The notes under the pieces were generated by a model. It had not been told where the DNA came from. It did no database searches and worked only from the letters and a program-made list of their open reading frames with translations. 64,000 nucleotides of DNA from a virus (taxonomy: Duplodnaviria > Caudoviricetes), in the IMG/VR virus record IMGVR_UViG_3300010157_000061, positions 3,700 to 67,699 of that record; one strand, written 5' to 3'. Shown piece after piece: positions 21,060 through 29,913 of the stretch (its first letter is position 1; the number at the start of each line of letters is the position of its first letter). The position numbers and the translations under genes were made by a program.

Positions 21060-22031
21060 ATGATAAAACTAATACCGTTATTAAAGCAAATACTCCTTGA
21101 AGGAGGTAATGTTTTTGGATCTACCGCACCTATTAAAAGAGAGGATATAGATCCAACATTAGATAAATTTTCAGCAGAATTAGGAAGAATCTTTCCTGCT
21201 AAGGCTAAGACCTTTACAACTTTCCAAACATTAGGATCAGTAGGTAAGAAACCACAATCAGGTGATATCGATCTAGGATACGACGTCAAGTATTTATTCC
21301 CAGACGGTGAAACACCTGACTTTAAAGGTTGGAATGTTGATAAAGCACAGTTCGAAGAGAGGGTGGCAGCGATTGCAAAACGTGCTAGAACAGCCACACC
21401 AGTCCAGAACCAATTAAGAGCTATGATCGAAATGATTGGTGCACAGATTAATGAAAAATCTGATATCATTCAAGTAGATTTAAAACAAGCCGGTGGTGGA
21501 GCGATCTTCTGTGAGACAGGTCAATACAACGACAAAGGTGAAGAATTAGGTAAAACAGTTCAAACCGACATTAATATCGGTAATCTAGACTGGTTAAAGT
21601 TTAGCTACTATTCATCTACCTACCAAGGTAATGTTAAAGGTCTACATAGAACACAGTTACTGGTTGCTTTATTTGGCTATAAAGGCTATACCTTTAGACA
21701 CGGTCAAGGAGTTATTAATAAAGATACTAGAGAGGTTGAGGCTAAGACACCTCAAGAAGCTATTACACTACTAAATAAACTCTACGGAACTAAAATAACT
21801 CCAGATATCTTAGAAGACTATCACAAGTTAATGACGTACCTAGGAAGTAGTTTAAGTACTCAAGACGTTAATGGAATACTAGATATCTATTTAAAGATCT
21901 TAGATTCAACTAGAGCCGATATACCAAGTGATATACAGGACTACTGGATTAAAAATCAAGACAGACTAGGTTTGAAAGGTAAGTTTTTACTTGATGACTC
22001 AGAATTAACCAAGTATAAAACAGAAGCATAA
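21060..22031 (+). CDS. Pol-beta-superfamily nucleotidyltransferase-like protein with MIKL N-terminal tag
   Basis: LGSVGKKPQSGDIDL (hGS..DxD) and VQTDINI third Asp; N-terminus MIKLIPLLKQILLE-GGN. Confidence 0.6.
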   Translation: MIKLIPLLKQILLEGGNVFGSTAPIKREDIDPTLDKFSAELGRIFPAKAKTFTTFQTLGSVGKKPQSGDIDLGYDVKYLFPDGETPDFKGWNVDKAQFEERVAAIAKRARTATPVQNQLRAMIEMIGAQINEKSDIIQVDLKQAGGGAIFCETGQYNDKGEELGKTVQTDINIGNLDWLKFSYYSSTYQGNVKGLHRTQLLVALFGYKGYTFRHGQGVINKDTREVEAKTPQEAITLLNKLYGTKITPDILEDYHKLMTYLGSSLSTQDVNGILDIYLKILDSTRADIPSDIQDYWIKNQDRLGLKGKFLLDDSELTKYKTEA

Positions 22032-24598
22032 TGTCAGGATCAGCAGGCGGTAATAGAATACCAAGAAAAGCAGTCTAATCAACTAAAGATTCCTATATAA
22101 GAAAGGTCTTAAGTAAATTTCCTTTGTTTAAAGATGCTAAGATCTCAGGATCTTACAATACATCAAGTAAATCTGACTTCGGTGATATAGATTTGATTGT
22201 AACTTTAGAAGGAGGTCAAGATAAAAAACAACTAAAACAGGATCTAGCAGCATTCTTTGCTAAGTTTCCTGATAACCTTATCGTACCTTTTAGAAGTGAT
22301 AAGTACAGAGGTAAGAAATCATTGAGTTCAGGTGAGTTAGTAACCGTATTATACCCTATCGAAGGTATGCCAGGTGAATATATCCAGATTGATAACATGG
22401 TTTCAACATCAGAACAAGAATCTGACTTCAAAAAAGCTTTCTTAGACTATCCAGCCGAGATACAAGGCTTATTACTAGGCCTAACCAAGGTAGTATTACT
22501 GGAAGAAGACCCACAGGCGGTGTTTAAAAGACTAGGTATTAAAGATGTACCGCCTCTAGAGAAGGGTCAGGAGTATGAATTCAATCTTTCTGGTGCAGCT
22601 CTAACATTACGCATAGTAGATCTTTCACCTGATTTTAAAGAAACAGGTAGAAAAGAGGTGTGGAAAACTACAGATTGGAATACAGTTAAGAAATTATACG
22701 ATGGCTATAGAATAGATGGTACTTTTGAAGAGTTATTACAGGATATTAAACGTAAATGTAAGAACGAAAGATCAAAAAACAGGATTAAAGGTATCTTCAA
22801 ATCTATGGTATCGATTAAGAGTGGAGAAGTAGGTACAGCCAAAGGAGCTGGTAAACAAAAAGCTTTAGATTCAGTAGATAACCTACTAGAATTTATGACT
22901 AATCTAGGTAGGTTAATAGGAGAAGAGGTAGTAAATCAACCAGGAATTTGTTTTTACCCAGGTGGATTCAAACCCCCACACAAAGGACACTTCGAAGTAG
23001 CTAAGGATATGGCATCTCGTAACTATATCACCGCGGTATATGTTATAATTTCAAAGAAAGAGAGGGATGGTATAACGGCAGAACAGAGTCTAAAAGTATG
23101 GCAAACATATCTTAAAGCAGAACCTAACCCTAAAATCTCTGTTAGCATTGCTAAATCAGCATCTCCAATCAGAGATATCTTCGATTATATAGCCGAACAC
23201 CCCGAACAATCACCAATCTACATAGTTGGAGGTAAGGATGAAGTAGATGATCAAAATTACTTTGCATCACTGAAGAAAGCCTTCGGAGATAAGATCAAAC
23301 CAGTACCGATGGAAGAGAAGTTCGGTAGAATCTCAGCCTCTTATGTAAGAAGACTATTAAGAGCAGGAGATCTAGAAGGTTTTAAAGAAGCTCTACCAGA
23401 TGCAACCTTAAATAAAGGGTATGCAGGCGATATATTCAAGATGTTAGCCTCTACTATAACGCAGACTGCTATCAAAGAGGGATTAGAATTAGATTCAGAG
23501 CAAGAAGGTATAGTGGAAGACATCGAGAAGTTTGTTAGATGGTGTTCTCCCTTGCTAGATTTAAAGCAAATCCCGGAGATAGAGTATATTACAGATCCTG
23601 ATTTCCCTGGGGAGATGCACAGCTTTGGAGGTTATGACCCCACCCATAAAAAGATTGCAACAGTGATTGTAAATCGTAATCTAGCCGACATATTAAGAAC
23701 ACTAGCACACGAATTAGTACACCACTGTCAAAATGAGAAATACGGTATAACAGCCGAAGATGGTAAGACGGGATCTGATGTTGAAAATGAAGCAAATGCA
23801 GTAGCAGGGCAGATAATGAGAGAGTACGGTAAAAGAAATCCAGATATCTACACACAGATCATGATAAATGAATCAGTTACACCTGATGAAATAGAGAAAG
23901 TGGATGCATTTGCAGATAACATTCTAGCACCGGTAGATGTAGACCTAACTTCCAAGCACGTATTAGATAGGTTAACAGGAAGAGAATCGGATGTTACGTA
24001 TCAGCAGTTGATTAAGTTTTTTGAAAATTTATCCAAAAAGAAAAAAGAGTTTCTTGAGTTCTTTAATAGGTATTCTGAAATTGTAGCTACAGATAGACAA
24101 AGTAAGCTAAATATACCTTTCCTAAATCTGACTCATAAAGCGATTGCTAAGACGATTATGAGAAAGCCTAACTTCCTAACCCATACACCTCAGTTAACAT
24201 TCGAAGATAAAGCAGATGCTAAATGCCCACCTGCCACTCAGAGCATACCGCTTAATTTAAAGAATCGTCAAAGTGCTATTGAAAAAGAACACTACGGACC
24301 ACTAAATCCAAATGAACCAAATATTAAATTCTGGAAGCAAAAAGCAGATATGTGGCAATTGGATTCAATACAAGAAGCTAAGAAATCATTATGTGGTAAT
24401 TGTGCAGCCTTCGATCAAACAACTAAGACATTGGACTGTATTGCAAAGGGTATTGGAAACGATGAAGGATCCGAAGATCCATTTGATGTAATTAAAGCAG
24501 GTCAATTAGGTTATTGTAGATTTTTAAAATTCAAATGTGCTTCAGCTAGAACCTGCGATGCTTGGGTTGTTGGAGGACCACTAACCGATAAGAAATAA
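22031..24598 (+). CDS. multidomain protein: nucleotidyltransferase + HxGH cytidylyltransferase-like + HExxH zincin + unknown + Cys-rich domain; interrupted by in-frame TAA at 22076
   Basis: SGSYNTSSKSDFGDIDL/IQIDN; YPGGFKPPHKGH...ISASYVR; RTLAHELVHHCQ; CGNC..C..GYC..C..C. ATG 22031 overlaps the upstream stop and is in frame with ORF 22124..24598. Confidence 0.65.
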
Positions 24599-25233
24599 TG
24601 CAACTACTCCTAACAGCCAATCAATTCGATTCAAAACGTACCTGGGATAACCCAATCTGTAAGTATGATTCTCCGTATACAAACTGCTTAGATCTTTTTG
24701 ATGTAAATGGATACGATTTAACAGAATTAGAACAGGATTATGCCGAAGTTAATACTCCAGCAATAGATCATAGATATAAGAAAGCTATTAAAAGAGATTG
24801 GCTTAAATCTTCCAAGACTGAAATAGAGGGAGTACATATAAACCATGCACTGCTATTTGAACGTAAAGGATATTCAGGTCTAGCACTTAATCAATTAAAG
24901 ACTTGGAGTGAAGAATTACCGTTAGTACATAAACTACTAAAAGTACGTTCGAAATGGGGTATAGATCTATCAATAGACTATGTAGACAGACAGGGTAATG
25001 TGTTTGAGGTATTCCATTATGAATGGGATGATTTTAATTTCGAAGCTGTACTGGCTATGAAAGATAGGATTGAAAATCTAGCTCTAACCACCGACTGGGA
25101 AGATGCTGCAAAACGTTTACTCCAAAGGAAAGATGAGTGGTCATCACTATCTTTTTTCGAACAGAGTGATTGGAAGTGTCGATTTTACGGAATAGATTCA
25201 GAGAAGTTTAAGGTAATAATCTGGAATGATTAA
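24598..25233 (+). CDS. hypothetical protein
   Basis: 211 aa ORF with TAATG coupling. Confidence 0.6.
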   Translation: MQLLLTANQFDSKRTWDNPICKYDSPYTNCLDLFDVNGYDLTELEQDYAEVNTPAIDHRYKKAIKRDWLKSSKTEIEGVHINHALLFERKGYSGLALNQLKTWSEELPLVHKLLKVRSKWGIDLSIDYVDRQGNVFEVFHYEWDDFNFEAVLAMKDRIENLALTTDWEDAAKRLLQRKDEWSSLSFFEQSDWKCRFYGIDSEKFKVIIWND

Positions 25234-25259
25234 ATTAATATTATAAAATAAAAATCGTT

Positions 25260-25820
25260 ATGTTAAAGAAAGAATTCAACCATCGAGACGTTCAAAGAGC
25301 AAGAAACCTTATAACAGGTCAGGTAGATGCAGCCACTAGTCTACAATCAGGCTATGAAAGAGGTAGGGTTGAACACAAAGAAGGTGATATTTGGGAGGAG
25401 AGTGGTAGGAAATGGACTATTAAGAATGGAATAAGACAAACTGTTACGAAGTTTGATAGTCTAAAACAGTTAACCGTTTTACCTTTGAGTTGTCCGAAGT
25501 GTAGCAAGCCGATGAAGGTGAATAACCTTAATAAAAAGATGTACTCTATACATAATACCTGTTTTGACTGTGTGATTGAAATGGAATCTCAACTAAAAGC
25601 TACCGGTAGATACCAGGAGTACGAAAGGAGGATGTTAAATGGAAACAAGAACGGTATATTAGAAGACCTAGAACGTGCTCTAGATGCATGGCTAGTCAAT
25701 ACCGATACGTTTATGTCCGAAGATGGTGTAGCGGAAGACTGGAGTAAAGTCAAAGTAAGCCCCGAAGACTATGAAGGGTTGAGAGGGGAAATAAAAAAGG
25801 CTAAAGAGCAGGAAATTTAA
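25260..25820 (+). CDS. hypothetical protein with Zn-ribbon (CPKC...CFDC)
   Basis: CxxC pairs; HKEGDIWEESGRKWTIKNG motif. Confidence 0.6.
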   Translation: MLKKEFNHRDVQRARNLITGQVDAATSLQSGYERGRVEHKEGDIWEESGRKWTIKNGIRQTVTKFDSLKQLTVLPLSCPKCSKPMKVNNLNKKMYSIHNTCFDCVIEMESQLKATGRYQEYERRMLNGNKNGILEDLERALDAWLVNTDTFMSEDGVAEDWSKVKVSPEDYEGLRGEIKKAKEQEI

Positions 25821-25849
25821 CTATTTATTATTAAAATACGTAACTACAC

Positions 25850-26473
25850 ATGCCATACACACATAAGAAAGTAGGTGACAAGTATGTCGTCTATAAAGCA
25901 GGTAAGAAAGTAGGTTCTACAGCAGGAACAAAGACGGCTCTCGACAAGTATCTAGCCGCTCTACACATTGCAGACAAGAAATCTCCAAAGAAAAAGACAC
26001 TAAAAGAATCAGTTAAGGGTACCCACCCCGTAGATACATTAGAATTTTGGGTTGTAACTAAACCTCAGACTCATGAAGATACTCTAGATAACATTTTAAT
26101 GCCATGTGACCCATTTCAGTTTGCTGATATGTGCCGTTCAGGTCTAGCACCAGATCAAGTACATGGATTTTACACCGAAGAAGATGAAGCACAGGCACAA
26201 GCCCAGAAACTATTAACAGATAAGTATTCAATAGCTAAAGCTTTAGAAGAAAAAAAGGAAGAAGTATCGGGTAAACTACAAAAGACTATCGATAAGCTTC
26301 AAAAGAAGGCTGAAGAGCATATGAGGATGGTTAAAAAAGATCCTACACAAGCGGATCATCATCACGATGAAGCAGAAAAAATAATGGCACGTATCAAAGA
26401 ACTACGTGGTAAACATAAAATGGTTGAATCATCTAAAAAACAATTAAAACCTCTAGAAGAGAAAGACAAATAA
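25850..26473 (+). CDS. hypothetical late protein
   Basis: 207 aa; TATTTAT upstream; LKES site after a basic N-terminal segment. Confidence 0.6.
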   Translation: MPYTHKKVGDKYVVYKAGKKVGSTAGTKTALDKYLAALHIADKKSPKKKTLKESVKGTHPVDTLEFWVVTKPQTHEDTLDNILMPCDPFQFADMCRSGLAPDQVHGFYTEEDEAQAQAQKLLTDKYSIAKALEEKKEEVSGKLQKTIDKLQKKAEEHMRMVKKDPTQADHHHDEAEKIMARIKELRGKHKMVESSKKQLKPLEEKDK

Positions 26474-26474
26474 T

Positions 26475-26837
26475 ATGGAACAATACGCACAATTCATCTC
26501 TATGCTATTTGCATCGAGAACACAAGCACACATCTTTCATCTACAGACAGATTCTTTTGCAGCCCATAAAGCTTTACAGGAATACTACGAAGAAATCGTA
26601 GAAATTGCAGATGGTTTAGTAGAATCTTATCAAGGTCGATACGGTATCTTAAGAGGTTATCAAGGCCAGGCTTCTTTTAAAGAAGACAACCAACCCCTTA
26701 CCTACTTCGAAGCATTAGATAAGTATGTAGAGACTACAAGACACGAATTACCTAAGGACAGCTACATTCAAAACGAGGTAGATACTCTAGTAGCTCTAAT
26801 CGAATCAACCAAATACAAACTAAGATTCTTACATTAA
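26475..26837 (+). CDS. ferritin/Dps-like four-helix bundle protein
   Basis: QAHIFHLQT.SFAAHKAL..YY..I.E.AD.LVESYQG resembles the phage Dps-like family. Confidence 0.65.
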   Translation: MEQYAQFISMLFASRTQAHIFHLQTDSFAAHKALQEYYEEIVEIADGLVESYQGRYGILRGYQGQASFKEDNQPLTYFEALDKYVETTRHELPKDSYIQNEVDTLVALIESTKYKLRFLH

Positions 26838-26838
26838 T

Positions 26839-27402
26839 ATGTTAGACGAAAAGAAAGGTACATGCTGCCATAAATGCGGGCACGTTCACGTAAAAGGAAC
26901 ATCATGCCCTACTCCCTTTTTAAAAGGAGAGAGAAGCTGTGCGAGAAGAACTAATGAAGTAGAGACAACAGACGAAGGGCTGTGGGCAAATATTAATGCT
27001 AAAAGAGCTCGTGGTGAAAAAGGTGCACGCAAAGGTTCGGAAGCTTACAAAGCAGCTGTTGCTGCTGGAAATAAACTAAACGAACTAGACGAGACGGATA
27101 GTTACTGTCCAACCTGTCTAAAAGAGTACCTAATAGAGCATAGAGATAAGATAGAAGAAGCAGAATATAGAGGACGTAAGGTACAGTTAGGCAAGCCTTT
27201 TTACACCCCTGGTGGACCCAAGAAAAGATCAGTATACGTTAAGAATGTAAAAGGAAATGTTGTTAAGGTTAACTTCGGAGACCCGAACATGAAGATAAAG
27301 AAAAGCATTCCTGCACGAAGAAAAAGTTATAGAGCAAGACATCATTGTCAATCACCAGGACCACGTTGGAAAGCAAACTACTGGTCATGTAGAGCATGGT
27401 AA
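26839..27402 (+). CDS. modular basic hypothetical protein (C-terminal KVNFGDPNM...RARHHC...YWSCRAW domain)
   Basis: several short modules separated by xNE/IEE sites. Confidence 0.6.
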   Translation: MLDEKKGTCCHKCGHVHVKGTSCPTPFLKGERSCARRTNEVETTDEGLWANINAKRARGEKGARKGSEAYKAAVAAGNKLNELDETDSYCPTCLKEYLIEHRDKIEEAEYRGRKVQLGKPFYTPGGPKKRSVYVKNVKGNVVKVNFGDPNMKIKKSIPARRKSYRARHHCQSPGPRWKANYWSCRAW

Positions 27403-27403
27403 A

Positions 27404-27865
27404 ATGATTAAACTGACCAGTCTACTAAGAGAGATCTTAAACAAACCACTACCCTGGCAATTCAAAGGTGAGTTAGGCAGTGGTAAGGTCGTGTATAAAT
27501 TTGAAGCAAAGACCGAAGATAAGACTCAAGAGTATATAGTGTACTTTGGGAAAGAAGGTGAAGGTATATACAATGTATCCTACATGGCTACAGGACATAC
27601 CCCTCAGCAACTAACCGGCCAAGGTGCTTCTATCCAAGTACTGTCAACGGTAACCGATATTATAAAAGACTTCATAAGTAAATTCGGTGATAGAGTCGAT
27701 AAACTAGTCATAGATGCTGCTAAGACAGAACAGGAAAGAGAGGCTGGAGTAGAAGATTCTAAACGATTCAGAGTCTATACAGCTATGATCGAAAGATTAG
27801 TTAATCCTAAAGAGTATAGTGTTGCAGTGACTGGAGATAATCAAATAACAATAACCAAGAAATAA
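27404..27865 (+). CDS. hypothetical protein with MIKL tag
   Basis: MIKLTSLLREIL N-terminus. Confidence 0.6.
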   Translation: MIKLTSLLREILNKPLPWQFKGELGSGKVVYKFEAKTEDKTQEYIVYFGKEGEGIYNVSYMATGHTPQQLTGQGASIQVLSTVTDIIKDFISKFGDRVDKLVIDAAKTEQEREAGVEDSKRFRVYTAMIERLVNPKEYSVAVTGDNQITITKK

Positions 27866-28191
27866 TGATTAAGCTAACCGATATACTAAACGAAGCAAAG
27901 AAACAAGACGATAATTTTGAAGACTTTGCTGAAACAAGAGGCAAGGGTGCAGAGAAGATAGCAGATACTGCTAAAGAGAAAGGTGGTCTTTCTATGCTAA
28001 CCTACAACCACTTTAAAGTTAAGCTACCTTACTATAAGAAAGCATCTGAAGGTAAGTTTGATATGGAGAAAGCCAAGAAAGAATACGAACAGGTATACAA
28101 GAGTATATCTTTAACTATGACTCAGATAGAGTTTCAAAAAGCAGTAGGTAGACTAGAAGTACTTGGAGAACTTATAATTAGAGACAAGTGA
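27865..28191 (+). CDS. hypothetical protein with MIKL tag
   Basis: MIKLTDILNEA N-terminus. Confidence 0.6.
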   Translation: MIKLTDILNEAKKQDDNFEDFAETRGKGAEKIADTAKEKGGLSMLTYNHFKVKLPYYKKASEGKFDMEKAKKEYEQVYKSISLTMTQIEFQKAVGRLEVLGELIIRDK

Positions 28192-28553
28192 TTAAGTTAG
28201 TAAACATACTAAAAGATTTACTCGAAGAGAAGAAAGCAGATCGCTGTCTACGTATAGCACGTCAGAAGTACGACAAACCCTCTGCATATAGATCAGGAGC
28301 GATAGTGAGATGTCGTAGAGGAGAGATATGGAAGGATTTAAAGGAAGATGAATCATTACACAAATGGTTTTCAAGAAAAGGTGGAACCGGTAAAGCAAAG
28401 GGTTGGGTGGATTGTAATACATGTAGGAATGGTAAATGTAAATCTTGCGGTAGAGAAAAAGGAGAGAAACGAGCTGAATATCCTTCCTGCCGACCTACAC
28501 CTACTCAATGTAAACAACCAGGTAAAGGTAAAGACTGGGGTAAAACAAAATGA
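28188..28553 (+). CDS. basic Cys-rich hypothetical protein with MIKL tag
   Basis: GTG start, MIKLVNILKDLLEE; LHKWF..GWVDC..CGR..YPSCRP. Confidence 0.6.
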   Translation: MIKLVNILKDLLEEKKADRCLRIARQKYDKPSAYRSGAIVRCRRGEIWKDLKEDESLHKWFSRKGGTGKAKGWVDCNTCRNGKCKSCGREKGEKRAEYPSCRPTPTQCKQPGKGKDWGKTK

Positions 28554-28741
28554 TAAAATTACTAGACATACTAAAAGAAATAGAAGAAGGTATTGATGAT
28601 CCTGTCAAATCAGGCATCTTAAAGAAGAGATTAGGTAAGTTATCTTGTAGTAGAGTCAGGTCAGCTAAAGCGGGTTTAAAAGATAAAGGAACACATTATG
28701 CTAAAGCTTTACAAAGATATCTAAACTACCACTGCCAATAA
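28550..28741 (+). CDS. small basic protein with MIKL tag
   Basis: MIKLLDILKEIEE N-terminus. Confidence 0.6.
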   Translation: MIKLLDILKEIEEGIDDPVKSGILKKRLGKLSCSRVRSAKAGLKDKGTHYAKALQRYLNYHCQ

Positions 28742-28753
28742 CTATTTATTAAT

Positions 28754-29089
28754 ATGATAAAACTAGTAGACTTATTTAACGAAAGTAAAAACACCAATCT
28801 CTATGAACTAATAGGGAAATTGACTGCTAATACTACCAAGAGAACTTTAGGAGATATATTATCAGATATGAGAGCGATTATAGGAGTGACTATTGTTAGA
28901 GGAGAAGGTCATAGCAGTGACGTACCAACTAATAACCCTTCTTATACAGAAGAAATTAAGCTCAAAATAGACCCTTACCCATTTGCTTCTTTTGGTAAAG
29001 ATCAGGTAAGAGATATTATCAGTCAAATCAAACATATCGACGGTGTAACAACCTTTATACCAAATACAAACGCACGTAAAATCTCATAA
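28754..29089 (+). CDS. hypothetical protein with MIKL tag
   Basis: MIKLVDLFNES; TATTTAT immediately upstream. Confidence 0.6.
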   Translation: MIKLVDLFNESKNTNLYELIGKLTANTTKRTLGDILSDMRAIIGVTIVRGEGHSSDVPTNNPSYTEEIKLKIDPYPFASFGKDQVRDIISQIKHIDGVTTFIPNTNARKIS

Positions 29090-29104
29090 ATATTAACACA
29101 GACC

Positions 29105-29398
29105 ATGATACAAAAGATAAGAGTTAACTTAAAAGAATGTGATGGATGCGATAGAGCAGCTCAAGATAGTCAAGACTGGACCAATGGTCACGACCATGAA
29201 GGAAGTATGGCTAAAGGTGAATTAAAGGATTTAATCCTAAACGCAGTATCTATTTATAAAATGCTAGGTACTAATGATCAACTTCCAGGTTGTACATCTG
29301 CCTATATCTCCTTAGCTTCAGATTATATACACTCAGTAAAAGAGTCTCTAAGCGGACAATTAGACCAAGTATTACCTGAAGAATTAACAGCAGAATAA
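29105..29398 (+). CDS. hypothetical protein
   Basis: MIQKIRVNLKE N-terminus; DHEGSMAK motif. Confidence 0.55.
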   Translation: MIQKIRVNLKECDGCDRAAQDSQDWTNGHDHEGSMAKGELKDLILNAVSIYKMLGTNDQLPGCTSAYISLASDYIHSVKESLSGQLDQVLPEELTAE

Positions 29399-29400
29399 TT

Positions 29401-29913
29401 ATGAAGCCAAATAAAATATTAAAATACCTCATCGAACAAGAAGTACGTAAGTACCTAAAAGAAGAGGAAGAGGCACCGGGCAAGATTGCACCGGTTCGTT
29501 CTTTTGAAGAAGATCCGATTAATTTTATTCTAGCTAAATATCCTTCTCTAGCACAAACACTTATCTACTTATTAACTGATGCGTATAAAGACTACGTTAC
29601 AGGAATTTACATCGTAGCACCTAAACCAACTACGTTTAAAATCGTACTACATAATGGACAATTCTTTTACCTAGCTTTTCTAGGCAGAGCCTATGAAGCT
29701 AAGGTATTAGGTAAGAGATACTACCTACTAACAGTAGGAGAGAAACAGAGAGCAGTCCTAGCTATAGCAGGATTATTAGAACTAGGTGCACCTATCAATA
29801 CAAAAGGTCCTGAACAGGAGACACCAACAGAAGATACCGCAACCGCACCGCCACCAGCCGACCAAGAAGAAATACCGGCAAGTCAAAAAGAAGAAGAAAA
29901 AACAGAATCTTAA
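29401..29913 (+). CDS. hypothetical protein
   Basis: LKYLIEQEVRKYLKEE N-terminus; APKPTTFKIVLHNGQ core. Confidence 0.6.
   Translation: MKPNKILKYLIEQEVRKYLKEEEEAPGKIAPVRSFEEDPINFILAKYPSLAQTLIYLLTDAYKDYVTGIYIVAPKPTTFKIVLHNGQFFYLAFLGRAYEAKVLGKRYYLLTVGEKQRAVLAIAGLLELGAPINTKGPEQETPTEDTATAPPPADQEEIPASQKEEEKTES

Noticed and set aside
22076-22078. Stop-codon reassignment (alternative genetic code)
   Set aside because: TAA, TAG and TGA all end genes at sensible positions and long ORFs are intact under code 11; this is an isolated stop.
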